A DNA stretch of 59,853 nt, the filler included. It is 3 parts of 3 records of this genome, joined end to end, with 100 filler letters (N's around TTAATTAATTAA, not from the genome) between each part and the next. Parts side by side here need not be neighbours in the genome. Positions count along the whole stretch, not along the records: positions 29,012 to 46,405 come from DRR723986_11072; 2 more parts are not named here. One strand, written 5' to 3'. A model generated the notes under the pieces. The model saw only the letters and a list, made by a program, of their open reading frames with translations, made no database searches and was not told where the DNA came from. The position numbers and the translations under genes were made by a program. Within the stretch, counting starts at the first letter, position 1, and every line of letters starts with the position of its first letter. Of this stretch, positions 30,945-40,528 are shown piece after piece.

Positions 30945-31880
30945 TTGCAAGAGAAAATTATTGAAATCACAGGTATTGATCCAGTTATAATACTTGGTGT
31001 AAACGATCAAAAATTGAAAGTAATCAAGAATTATTTTCCAAAACTAAAAATCGTTTCTAGAGGAAATCAGTTAAAGGTACTCGGTGAACCTGAGGTTATT
31101 GAAGCCTTTGAACAAAAGTTTGAATTGCTATTGAAGCATATCAACCGTTATAATGCCTTGACAGAAGGCAATATTGAGAATTTAATGTTGCAAGATGAAA
31201 AGACTATTCCCTTCAAAGATCATGGTGAAATAATTGTACATGGTAACGGAGGTTCTGCGATAAAAGCAAGAACTGCCAACCAACGAAAGCTGGTAAAAGC
31301 AAGCCAAGAGAACGATATGGTTTTTGCCATTGGTCCAGCTGGAACAGGTAAAACTTATACTTCTGTAGCCTTAGCGGTTAGAGCATTAAAAAACAAAGAA
31401 GTTAGGCGAATTATTTTGACTAGACCAGCTGTTGAGGCTGGAGAAAATCTCGGTTTTTTGCCTGGAGATTTACGCGAAAAATTGGATCCTTACATGCAGC
31501 CTTTGTATGACGGATTACGAGATATGATTCCAGCTGAAAAATTAGCAGAATATGTTGAACATGGGATTATAGAAATTGCACCTTTAGCCTTTATGCGAGG
31601 TAGAACGTTGGATAAAGCTTTTGTAATTTTAGATGAGGCGCAGAATACCACTACCGCTCAGATGAAGATGTTCTTAACAAGAATGGGGCAATCGGCTAAA
31701 TTCATTATTACGGGTGATTTAACCCAAATTGACTTACCTAGAAATCAGAGTTCAGGACTCGTAATGGCTTCAAATTCATTGAAAAACATTGAAGGAATTG
31801 GAATCGTAGAACTGGATGAAAATGATGTGATTAGACATAAACTGGTTAAGAAAATTATTCATGCTTTAAAAGACGTCTAA
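30945..31880 (+). CDS. phoH: PhoH-family ATPase
   Basis: GPAGTGKT, RPAVEAGENLGFLPGD, APLAFMRGRTL, DEAQN; TTG start. Confidence 0.95.
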   Translation: MQEKIIEITGIDPVIILGVNDQKLKVIKNYFPKLKIVSRGNQLKVLGEPEVIEAFEQKFELLLKHINRYNALTEGNIENLMLQDEKTIPFKDHGEIIVHGNGGSAIKARTANQRKLVKASQENDMVFAIGPAGTGKTYTSVALAVRALKNKEVRRIILTRPAVEAGENLGFLPGDLREKLDPYMQPLYDGLRDMIPAEKLAEYVEHGIIEIAPLAFMRGRTLDKAFVILDEAQNTTTAQMKMFLTRMGQSAKFIITGDLTQIDLPRNQSSGLVMASNSLKNIEGIGIVELDENDVIRHKLVKKIIHALKDV

Positions 31881-31972
31881 ACGCTATTAAAAACTTCGTC
31901 ATATTGTGAATAAAATTCTGGATTAAGCGGGGATTTTCAAACTAACTTTGCGCATACCTTAATTCGAACGCA

Positions 31973-32920
31973 ATGAATGCAGTAAAGTCTACCACTTTTA
32001 ATTTTCCTGGTCAAAAATCAGTTTATAACGGTAAAGTCAGAGATGTCTATTTTCTAGAAAACGATTTGTTAGTCATTGTGGCTTCTGATCGGATATCTGC
32101 ATTCGACCATATTTTGCACGAGGCCATTCCTTATAAAGGCCAAGTTTTGAATCAGCTGGCCGCTAAAATGCTCAAAGCAACTGCCGACATTGTTCCGAAT
32201 TGGTTATTAGACACACCTGACCCAATGGTTGCTGTTGGTCATCACTGTGAGCCCTATAAAATAGAAATGGTAATTCGCGGATACATGTCGGGCCATGCTG
32301 CTAGAGAATACAAAGCAGGAAGAAGATTGCTTTGTGGCGTTGAAATGCCTGAGGGCATGAAAGAGAACGACAAGTTTCCTTCACCAATTATCACTCCTGC
32401 AACAAAGGCTGAAGAAGGACATGACGAAGACATTTCAAGAGAAGACATTATTGCTCAAAACATAGTTTCAAAAGAGGAATATGAGCAATTAGAAAAGTAC
32501 ACCTATGCTCTATACGAGAGAGGAACGCAGCTCGCTGCAGAGAAAGGCTTAATTCTGGTGGATACCAAATATGAGTTTGGTAAAAAAGATGGAAAAATCT
32601 ATCTGATAGATGAAATTCACACGCCTGATTCTTCACGTTATTTCTATGCTGACGGTTATGAAGAGCGCCAAGCTAATGGAGAAAAGCAAAAACAACTTTC
32701 TAAAGAGTTTGTTAGAGAATGGTTGATTGCACATAACTTTCAAGGATTGGATGGCCAAACATTGCCGCATATGCCCGAAGATTTTGTAAATTCCGTGACA
32801 GAAAGATACATTGAATTGTACGAAAAAATTATCGGTGAGAAATTCGTAAAAGCTGATAATGCTAATATTGAAAACAGAATTGAAAATAACGTATTAAATA
32901 ACTTACAACATGTGGGATAA
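31973..32920 (+). CDS. purC: SAICAR synthetase
   Basis: [45 protein letters not shown]. Confidence 0.96.
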   Translation: MNAVKSTTFNFPGQKSVYNGKVRDVYFLENDLLVIVASDRISAFDHILHEAIPYKGQVLNQLAAKMLKATADIVPNWLLDTPDPMVAVGHHCEPYKIEMVIRGYMSGHAAREYKAGRRLLCGVEMPEGMKENDKFPSPIITPATKAEEGHDEDISREDIIAQNIVSKEEYEQLEKYTYALYERGTQLAAEKGLILVDTKYEFGKKDGKIYLIDEIHTPDSSRYFYADGYEERQANGEKQKQLSKEFVREWLIAHNFQGLDGQTLPHMPEDFVNSVTERYIELYEKIIGEKFVKADNANIENRIENNVLNNLQHVG

Positions 32921-33479
32921 ACTTTTTGGAATACTTTTTTTAGGACTCTTAGCATCTTGTGGATCAGAAACTGCTAGCGATCAATCAAATTCTAACATTG
33001 AAATGGAAGATACCGTTTCAAATTATGAAATTACGCCTGAAGACATAATAGAAAAAGGACCCAACGAATTTGAATGGATAGAAAATGTTTTAACCTATGA
33101 AGGAAAAGATCCTGATTCTGACATTTCTTTAGCACTAATGATTTCGGGGATTAGAGACACTTTAGAATTGTTCACCATTTGGACTTTCCCATCAGAAGTA
33201 GGTGAAGCAACTAAAAATATGGTAGGATACCCTGAAAATGTCGTGGCCAGCAAAGGCAATTATTACTCTGACGATTTTATTGCTATCCAAGAAGTTAGTA
33301 ATGAAAAGTACGACATCTTGCTTGGACAGCCTTACAACGATACGGTGTCAATTGAAGGCACAATAGGCTTAATAGAATTAAAAAATGGGATGATCAATTA
33401 CTCGATTAATTTGCCCGAAGACCAAGAAGCTTTTCACAAATTTGGAGAAACAAGTCCTTGGCCAAATTTTGATGAATAA
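32910..33479 (+). CDS. Hypothetical acidic lipoprotein
   Basis: Lipobox LLASCGS; co-directional, overlaps the purC stop. Confidence 0.65.
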   Translation: MWDKLFGILFLGLLASCGSETASDQSNSNIEMEDTVSNYEITPEDIIEKGPNEFEWIENVLTYEGKDPDSDISLALMISGIRDTLELFTIWTFPSEVGEATKNMVGYPENVVASKGNYYSDDFIAIQEVSNEKYDILLGQPYNDTVSIEGTIGLIELKNGMINYSINLPEDQEAFHKFGETSPWPNFDE

Positions 33480-33498
33480 TCAACCCAAATAAAAGACT

Positions 33499-33960
33499 AT
33501 GCAACAAACAAACTTCCTTAGAACGAATAAAATTATTTACTTGGCTTTGCTCGTTGGCATGCTGTTGTTTGCTGGAATCGCGTTTTTCCTAAACGAAAAT
33601 AATCGCATTTTAAAAATAGATTCTGAGAATCCCTTCTCCTTTGTTGTGCCTGTTGTTTTATTTGCCGGTATTGCTGCAAGTAAGTTTATGTTCAACACCT
33701 TGATGAAGAAAATGGAACATGCTAAAAATTTACAGCAGAAAATTGGCATTTACACTTCGAGCTCACTCATCCAATACGCGCTTATCGAAGGTCCTGTGCT
33801 CCTTTGCATTGTCACCTTCATGATGTCTGGCAACTTGTTCTTTATCATATTTATGTTTGCCGGCGTTCTTTACTATTTGAGCTTAATGCCCAACCCAGAT
33901 AAAATTGCTAAGCAAATGAACCTTAGCTATGACGAAAAGGGTGAATTAGGAATAAAATAA
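33499..33960 (+). CDS. Hypothetical four-TM membrane protein
   Basis: Four hydrophobic segments; IQYALIEGP motif. Confidence 0.7.
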   Translation: MQQTNFLRTNKIIYLALLVGMLLFAGIAFFLNENNRILKIDSENPFSFVVPVVLFAGIAASKFMFNTLMKKMEHAKNLQQKIGIYTSSSLIQYALIEGPVLLCIVTFMMSGNLFFIIFMFAGVLYYLSLMPNPDKIAKQMNLSYDEKGELGIK

Positions 33961-33963
33961 TTT

Positions 33964-35256
33964 TTATAGCTCAATCAATTCTTGATACGATAAATACGTC
34001 CCTTTTAAAAAGATACCCTCCATTTTTTTAGCATTTTCAATGTTTTCTAAAGGATTGGCATTCAATAATAACAAATCGGATTGAGCACCAACTTTGACCT
34101 GACCCCATTGAGCCGTTTCTCCCAACATTTCGGCTAAATTATAGCAAGCAGCCTGAATTAAATCGTCATTTGCAACTCCTAATTGAGCATGTTGGGCCAA
34201 TTCTAAATGATAATCAAAACCAGGAATCATATATTCATCTGAGGCGTCAGGCCCAATCAATAACTTTCCCCCATTGCTGTAAACCGCTTGCAAATTGGAT
34301 TGCTGTTTTTTAAAGTAATCTAAAATCCTTTTTTTGTAGAGTCCGATTTGTTCTTCAGGTCGGTTGTTCATTTTAGCTAAAGATTTCTCCCATTCGATTA
34401 TAGTGGCTTCTGAAACATAATTAACGCCCTCTTTTTTTCTTAATTGAGGCGTTGATCTGCTTAGCGCATAGGTCCAACTCAAAGTTGCGCAATGGTAAAT
34501 TTTTGCCTCATCCAGCTCTTTGATAATTCGAACTAACTCTTCCCTATTGGTATAGGTTGATAGCCCACCCATGTGTTCAATTGATTGATAAATTCCCGAA
34601 TTCACAATCTCAGACAAACTGACATTTGGAGGACAATGTCCTGCCAAAGGAATATTATGCGACTTTGCCAGCTGAATGATCGTTTGAAGGCTACTCAACG
34701 AATCCACTCCTAAAATCTTAATAAAATCAAACCCCAATTGCTTTTGTCGTTCAACAAAGTTTGCCAACGAATCAAGTGAAAAATTCATCCCCTCTTCTAT
34801 CGGAACAGATCCTAGAATCAACCTTGGACAGAAATCATCATCTTGATCAATTTCTAAATGCCATTCTTCACCCCGCATGGAACGCAAGGTGGTAACACCG
34901 TTCATTAAATTCATTTTGAAAAAGTTCTTCAATTCTTTCTTTTCTGGAAGATGAACATGGGCGTCTGCAAATGAAGGCAAGAGGTATTTCCCTGTTCCGT
35001 CAATCACATTACCTTTTTCGATATACAAATCTCCTGTTGGCACTTCAACCTCAGAATGATCACTGATTTGAACAATCTCACCACAATTAATGACAACATC
35101 TTGGTTGGTTAACATGTTATCACCATTACCAGGAATTACATTAACGTTTTCAATCGTGTAGACACAAGGTATGGCAATCCTTCCAGACAACTTTTCTTGT
35201 CCGAAGCTCAATAAAGCAACGATTAAAAAACATATTATGCTAAAGCTCTTTTTCAT
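33964..35256 (-). CDS. Secreted amidohydrolase-family metalloenzyme
   Basis: IDGTGKYLLP, DAHVH, GVTTLR, GHC, SIEH, GPDA, DLLLLNANPL. Confidence 0.88.
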   Translation of the reverse strand: MKKSFSIICFLIVALLSFGQEKLSGRIAIPCVYTIENVNVIPGNGDNMLTNQDVVINCGEIVQISDHSEVEVPTGDLYIEKGNVIDGTGKYLLPSFADAHVHLPEKKELKNFFKMNLMNGVTTLRSMRGEEWHLEIDQDDDFCPRLILGSVPIEEGMNFSLDSLANFVERQKQLGFDFIKILGVDSLSSLQTIIQLAKSHNIPLAGHCPPNVSLSEIVNSGIYQSIEHMGGLSTYTNREELVRIIKELDEAKIYHCATLSWTYALSRSTPQLRKKEGVNYVSEATIIEWEKSLAKMNNRPEEQIGLYKKRILDYFKKQQSNLQAVYSNGGKLLIGPDASDEYMIPGFDYHLELAQHAQLGVANDDLIQAACYNLAEMLGETAQWGQVKVGAQSDLLLLNANPLENIENAKKMEGIFLKGTYLSYQELIEL

Positions 35257-35367
35257 GAGATGATTTTAAAAATACACTGAAATATTTCATTCAGAACAGA
35301 TTAACTAAGATATTTGCTTAAACTTTTAAGGTAAACTTTACGTATATCTTTTGCAAAGGCGATACTA

Positions 35368-36327
35368 ATGAAAAAAACTCTACTACTCATATTTTTGGGA
35401 CTTTTTAACCTTATTCTAACAGCTCAGGTCAACTTAGATAGCGGCTTGGTCGCTCATTATCCTTTTGATGGAAACGCAAACGATCTCAGCACAAATGCCA
35501 TTAACGGTACTCCTTACAATGCGGTTTATTCAACTGGGGTTTATGGCGTTCCAAACACCTCCATTTTATTTAACGGAAGTGACACTTCGTATACCGATTG
35601 TGGACCTGATAACAGAGGAATCACGGACACCATTGCAATAGGCGTTTTTGTGAGAACCACTTTTAACGGAATTGGTGATATAGTGAGTAAATACGATCCA
35701 GGTTCAGATGAAGGCTATCACTTTCAAATTAGCCTGGGTAAAATTCGCTTAGCCGGTCGAGACGGCTCAGGAAACTATCGTCAAACCGGTTTTTCGTCAA
35801 CTGCAATTAACGACAGCTCATGGCATCACATTATTGGCGTTGTTCAAGGCAATACTTGGCTGTTATATGTTGATTGTAATTTAGAAGGTGCCCAATCAAA
35901 TGCTACCATGAATCCTGATATCAGTTCAGTTGCAGAGTTGGGCATTGGAAAAGATGTTTTTTCGAATCAAAAGTTCTTGGACTGTGAAGTGGATGAAGTA
36001 CGAATCTATAATCGACCCTTAACGTCTGACGAAAGAGATTCATTATGTGCTACGGCAGTTTTTGCCTCAAGCGAACAACCAATAGTATCAGAACAACACT
36101 TGAACATATATCCTAATCCTGCTAATGATCAAATTGCAATCGCTGCCACATCAACGCTTGAACACTCCGTGATTGAAATATTCGATATGATGGGACGTAG
36201 AGTTTTGGTAGAAAATCAGCCCAAATCAACTGCAATTATTGACATTGCGCACTTGCAAGCAGGGAACTACGTAGTAAAAATCACAGATAAAAACCAAATT
36301 GCAACCGCTTTATTCGTTAAGCGATAA
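35368..36327 (+). CDS. LamG-like jellyroll protein with T9SS type A C-terminal sorting domain
   Basis: GLVAHYPFDGNAND, WHHIIGV, DEVRIYNRPLT; IYPNPA...GNYVVKI...FVKR. Confidence 0.88.
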   Translation: MKKTLLLIFLGLFNLILTAQVNLDSGLVAHYPFDGNANDLSTNAINGTPYNAVYSTGVYGVPNTSILFNGSDTSYTDCGPDNRGITDTIAIGVFVRTTFNGIGDIVSKYDPGSDEGYHFQISLGKIRLAGRDGSGNYRQTGFSSTAINDSSWHHIIGVVQGNTWLLYVDCNLEGAQSNATMNPDISSVAELGIGKDVFSNQKFLDCEVDEVRIYNRPLTSDERDSLCATAVFASSEQPIVSEQHLNIYPNPANDQIAIAATSTLEHSVIEIFDMMGRRVLVENQPKSTAIIDIAHLQAGNYVVKITDKNQIATALFVKR

Positions 36328-36329
36328 AA

Positions 36330-36830
36330 ATGGAAATCAACTTACGGCCCATAAAAAATGATGATCTCGATAATCTGGTTAAATATGCTGGTAACAAGAA
36401 GATATTCGACAATTTAACTGATCAATTCCCACATCCTTTCACGGCGGATGCTGGTAAAAACTTCATCAATAAAATACGGAAAGTTGAACCACATCATGTA
36501 TTAGCAATTGACCATGAAGGCGAATTAATTGGTGCTATTGGCGTTCACCCTCAAGCTGATGTCTATTGCAAAAATGCTGAAATGGGCTATTGGGTAGCCG
36601 AAGAATTCTGGGGCCAAGGTGTCATCAGCCAAGCAATTCCTAAAATGGTGGACTATGGTTTTGAAAAGTTTGATTTTACACGAATTTTTGCGCGCCCCTA
36701 TGGCAGAAATGTCGCCTCTCAAAAGGCTTTGGAGAAATCTGGTTTTGTTCTAGAAGCTACGCTGGAAAAGACTTTTTATAAAAATGGAAGGTTTGAAGAT
36801 GAGCTTATTTATGCCATCAGACGAAAATAA
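36330..36830 (+). CDS. GNAT acetyltransferase, RimJ/RimL type
   Basis: AEMGYWVAEEFWGQG, NVASQKALEKSGF. Confidence 0.9.
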   Translation: MEINLRPIKNDDLDNLVKYAGNKKIFDNLTDQFPHPFTADAGKNFINKIRKVEPHHVLAIDHEGELIGAIGVHPQADVYCKNAEMGYWVAEEFWGQGVISQAIPKMVDYGFEKFDFTRIFARPYGRNVASQKALEKSGFVLEATLEKTFYKNGRFEDELIYAIRRK

Positions 36831-36856
36831 ACCCTACTTTTAGCTAAAATTATTTC

Positions 36857-37435
36857 ATGAGCGTTTTAGCAATTTTACAAGAGCGAAGTGGCAACAGTTG
36901 CGAACTTTGCACAGGTACAGATGGACTTTCAACTTATCATGTTCCTCCACAATCATCTAACGAAACTCAAGATAACACGATTTTTACTTGTGCTACTTGT
37001 AAATCTCAAATTGAAGAGCCAGAAAGTATAGACAGTAATCACTGGCGTTGCTTGAACGACTCAATGTGGAGCGAAATTTCAGCAGTGAAAGTTGTTGCAT
37101 ATCGTATGTTAAGTCTGATGAAATCAGAAGGCTGGCCTCAAGACCTATTGGATATGATGTATTTAGAGGAGGATGATTTGAAATGGGCTCAATCCACTTT
37201 ACTTGCCGAAGGTGAAGAAGCAATCATACACAAGGACAGTAATGGTGTAAAACTTAATGCAGGTGACAGTGTTGTGTTAATTAAAGATTTAGATGTTAAG
37301 GGAGCTGGTTTCACTGCAAAACGTGGAACAGCAGTTAGAAACATCTCTCTGGATGCTAATGATGCCACTCATATTGAAGGCAGAGTAAATGGTCAGCACA
37401 TTGTTATTTTGACGCAATACGTTAAGAAAACCTAA
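36857..37435 (+). CDS. PhnA-domain protein with N-terminal Zn-binding Cys pairs
   Basis: CELC...CATC; DSNGVKLNAGDSVVLIKDLDVKGAGFTAKRGT. Confidence 0.88.
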   Translation: MSVLAILQERSGNSCELCTGTDGLSTYHVPPQSSNETQDNTIFTCATCKSQIEEPESIDSNHWRCLNDSMWSEISAVKVVAYRMLSLMKSEGWPQDLLDMMYLEEDDLKWAQSTLLAEGEEAIIHKDSNGVKLNAGDSVVLIKDLDVKGAGFTAKRGTAVRNISLDANDATHIEGRVNGQHIVILTQYVKKT

Positions 37436-37827
37436 GAGAAGTTTTCTTGAACAATGCGATCTATCACCTCCTTGGTAAGGGGCTTAGAAATGAGTTCTTT
37501 GGCTAATCGCTGCTTGGTAAGTGATTCAAAATCCTTTTGTTGATTTGTACCAGAAACTAAGACTATTGTAGATGAAAAGTCCTCAAAAGCTTCGTCAATT
37601 TCGTCAATCCATTCATACCCATCCATCTCAGGCATATGAATATCCAAGAAAATTAAATCAGGTAATTTCGTGCCTGTCTCGGCATCTGAAATTATTTGAT
37701 CGAGCGCCTGCTGAGCATTGGTGAAACAGGTAACTTCTCCAATTCTATTGTTTTGTTTTGCCACTTTAGTTGTCATTAAATTATTCATTTCAGAATCATC
37801 AACGATCATCAACTTTAAAGTTTCCAT
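37432..37827 (-). CDS. Single-domain response regulator (CheY-like)
   Basis: MIVDD, PDLIFLDIHMPEMDG, ISKPL. Confidence 0.88.
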   Translation of the reverse strand: METLKLMIVDDSEMNNLMTTKVAKQNNRIGEVTCFTNAQQALDQIISDAETGTKLPDLIFLDIHMPEMDGYEWIDEIDEAFEDFSSTIVLVSGTNQQKDFESLTKQRLAKELISKPLTKEVIDRIVQENFS

Positions 37828-37964
37828 ATTACATTCTTTTTAATCAAAGCAGCTAATCTTGGAAAACTATCTGCATTGCAATCTAACAATTTCAGGACAA
37901 AATTAAGCAGATTAATTTGGTGAGTTATTACCAACTGTCACAAATAACTATAACTTGAACGAAT

Positions 37965-39410
37965 TTATGGTTCTTCCTGAACTTCTACCTTTTTCTTCGG
38001 ATATTTTAAATCCAACATGACAATGATTGCAGTGAATCCCCAAACCGGTATAGTAGCTTTATCTGTATCTAAATAATTATTGAGAATTCCATGCGCGAAA
38101 TAAGTCACCAATCCTAAAAACAAGGATAACATGAGGTTTCTCATAGGACCGTGAGGCATTCGGATATAGAGCATAATTGCAGTATAACAGATATAAGCCA
38201 CTAAAGCAATCATTAAAAGCATTCCAATCAAGCCTTGCTCAGACAATGGCCCAAGGTATTCTGAATGGGCATTACCTCTGTTACCTGAATTCGTTGAAAT
38301 AATCGTTTTACCTGATGACAATTGAAAGGGCGCATAAACCATAGCATAAGTCCCAGGCCCCCAGCCCATCATTGGGCGTTCTTGCCATAAACGCACTGCA
38401 CAACCCCAACGGTTCAAACGCTCAAGATTTGAGGCGTCAGTGGTGACGTTCGTCATAGACTCTAAACGCTCGTTCATATTCTCCGTGGCATGTTCTGATC
38501 TATTTTTCTCTGCAGCATGCATCAAATCTGTCCATGAGGCGGCAATATAAATTCCAGCAGCCGCACCTAAAACGGCCAAGTACTTAAATTTTACCTTAAA
38601 TCGAATTAATCCATACACAATTAAAGCTCCAAATAAAGTGATCCAAGCTGCTCTTGTATAAGACATGATAATAGCGAAACCAAATAACACGATAAGTGCT
38701 ATCAATGTGATTTGCACCAGTTGCGAATTTTTACGTCCTAGCAGTACCCCAAAAAACACGGGATAAACTAAAGCCAAGATGGCTCCATATGAAGTGTGAT
38801 CTTTAAAGAAAGGGAACATTACCCAATGACCTGTTTCTTCATCAAAACCGTTCATAGCGTGATTCGTCAAAGTGTATAAAACCACTATTGTCAATGACCC
38901 TATAAACAAGCCTAAAAACCAATTGATGCGGCTTTCTTTCTGAAAAAAGAGTACACCGTAAAAGTAAATTGGAATGATGAACCAAAGCTTTGTGAGTAAG
39001 AACTTTAACGAAACCAGAGGAAATTCAGAAGTTACACATGTCAAGGCTATCCATAACAATTGAAGGATAAAAATGATAGTAACGGGATGTTTAATAAAGC
39101 GAACATCAAATTGATTTTTGCGCAATTGATTGTAGGTAATCAGCAAGAGCATTCCAAATAACAAGGGCTCAGTTGGTAAAAACAGACCAATATCCCCGCC
39201 AACAAACTCTTCTATATTTACGGATAAAGGGGTAAAGAGAATGATAAAATAAAAGAGCTGCTCAAAATGATACAGGGCTACATAAACCAGTATCAATCCT
39301 AAAGGAAGTGCGTTTAAAAAAAGCTCACCCCGCCAAATCAAATACAAATCGGCCACAATAAAAAGCGCCGAAAACAAATAAATCGTTTTATTTTGAAGCA
39401 ATGCCTGCAC
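37965..39410 (-). CDS. O-antigen ligase/Wzy_C family membrane protein
   Basis: Multi-TM; SYTRAAW, GWGPG, NAHSEYL..LSEQGLIG. Confidence 0.85.
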   Translation of the reverse strand: MQALLQNKTIYLFSALFIVADLYLIWRGELFLNALPLGLILVYVALYHFEQLFYFIILFTPLSVNIEEFVGGDIGLFLPTEPLLFGMLLLITYNQLRKNQFDVRFIKHPVTIIFILQLLWIALTCVTSEFPLVSLKFLLTKLWFIIPIYFYGVLFFQKESRINWFLGLFIGSLTIVVLYTLTNHAMNGFDEETGHWVMFPFFKDHTSYGAILALVYPVFFGVLLGRKNSQLVQITLIALIVLFGFAIIMSYTRAAWITLFGALIVYGLIRFKVKFKYLAVLGAAAGIYIAASWTDLMHAAEKNRSEHATENMNERLESMTNVTTDASNLERLNRWGCAVRLWQERPMMGWGPGTYAMVYAPFQLSSGKTIISTNSGNRGNAHSEYLGPLSEQGLIGMLLMIALVAYICYTAIMLYIRMPHGPMRNLMLSLFLGLVTYFAHGILNNYLDTDKATIPVWGFTAIIVMLDLKYPKKKVEVQEEP

Positions 39411-39419
39411 GTGAAGAAC

Positions 39420-40412
39420 TTAACCTACGGTTTTCTTCAATTCACGAATTTTCTCAATAGCCAATAAAGCAAATACCGCAAATAAGAAAGTTGCCATGGT
39501 AGCAACAATCACTATAACTGCTCTTTTTGGCTTTGCCTTTTTATCTGGCACTTCTGCCATTGAATGACGAATGGTTTGTTGAATATTGGTATGTGCATAC
39601 TGATGCGCTTGATCGTTCACATCCAATATATTTGAATACCTCAAACTAAAGAATTCGGATAAATTCGAGTAGATATCGTAATCAGAACCATATTTCTGTG
39701 ATGCATCAATCTTGTTTTTAATCTCTTTAGCCAGGTCATTTTTACCTGCTTTTAGTGCCGTCAAATAATCTGAATACAACCGACTTCGTGTTTCTTGATT
39801 CACCACTCCACTATCACTCAAGATTTTCATTTTATCTGAATAATCTCCCATCTCAGTTTTGATCAATTCTACTTCGCTCTGAATGGCATACATAGGACCA
39901 ACAGAACGTGTTCTAATCATTCTGTTCATTACGGTATCCACCAATCGAACAATATCATTTGCCATATCTGCAGCATATTGCGGGTCATAATCGTACACAT
40001 CAATAGTAATTGAATTGTATCGCGTTCTGTTGAACTGAATATTTCCTTCGTAAGCTTTTTGAAATTTAGCCATTGACTGTGATGCATTTGTATCAATATC
40101 ATAATGTGCATACAAATCATACTTTATAGTCAAACTGTCTCTAATTTCAGGAGATTGCAAAACTTGAAGTAAACGCTCAGCGTCTGCTTCATCACCAAAT
40201 TCTACTACTGAATTTCGTCCTGTACCCTGAAAATCAACTGAATTTGATCGTGTTGGAAATACAATTGCAGTTGCCTTGTAATAAGGCGTCATCATAATAG
40301 AAACCACAACTGAAGCCACCATGGCTATTGCGGTTATAATAATTAGCACTTTTCTTTTTTTATATAAAAATGCAATGAGTTCTCCTGAGTTAAAACTAGG
40401 GTCTTGATTCAT
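39420..40412 (-). CDS. Wzz/chain-length determinant family protein
   Basis: N- and C-terminal TM helices, PYYKATA, AEVPDKKAKPKRAVIV. Confidence 0.85.
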   Translation of the reverse strand: MNQDPSFNSGELIAFLYKKRKVLIIITAIAMVASVVVSIMMTPYYKATAIVFPTRSNSVDFQGTGRNSVVEFGDEADAERLLQVLQSPEIRDSLTIKYDLYAHYDIDTNASQSMAKFQKAYEGNIQFNRTRYNSITIDVYDYDPQYAADMANDIVRLVDTVMNRMIRTRSVGPMYAIQSEVELIKTEMGDYSDKMKILSDSGVVNQETRSRLYSDYLTALKAGKNDLAKEIKNKIDASQKYGSDYDIYSNLSEFFSLRYSNILDVNDQAHQYAHTNIQQTIRHSMAEVPDKKAKPKRAVIVIVATMATFLFAVFALLAIEKIRELKKTVG

Positions 40413-40528
40413 GGTTATTTAATTTGGTCAACAAAAGTAACGATTTCCTATTCAGGATTTCAATTCTACGAACTTTTACCCTAACGCAGCAAGACTTAAT
40501 TTCGTATTTTTGAGTCAAACATTTTTTA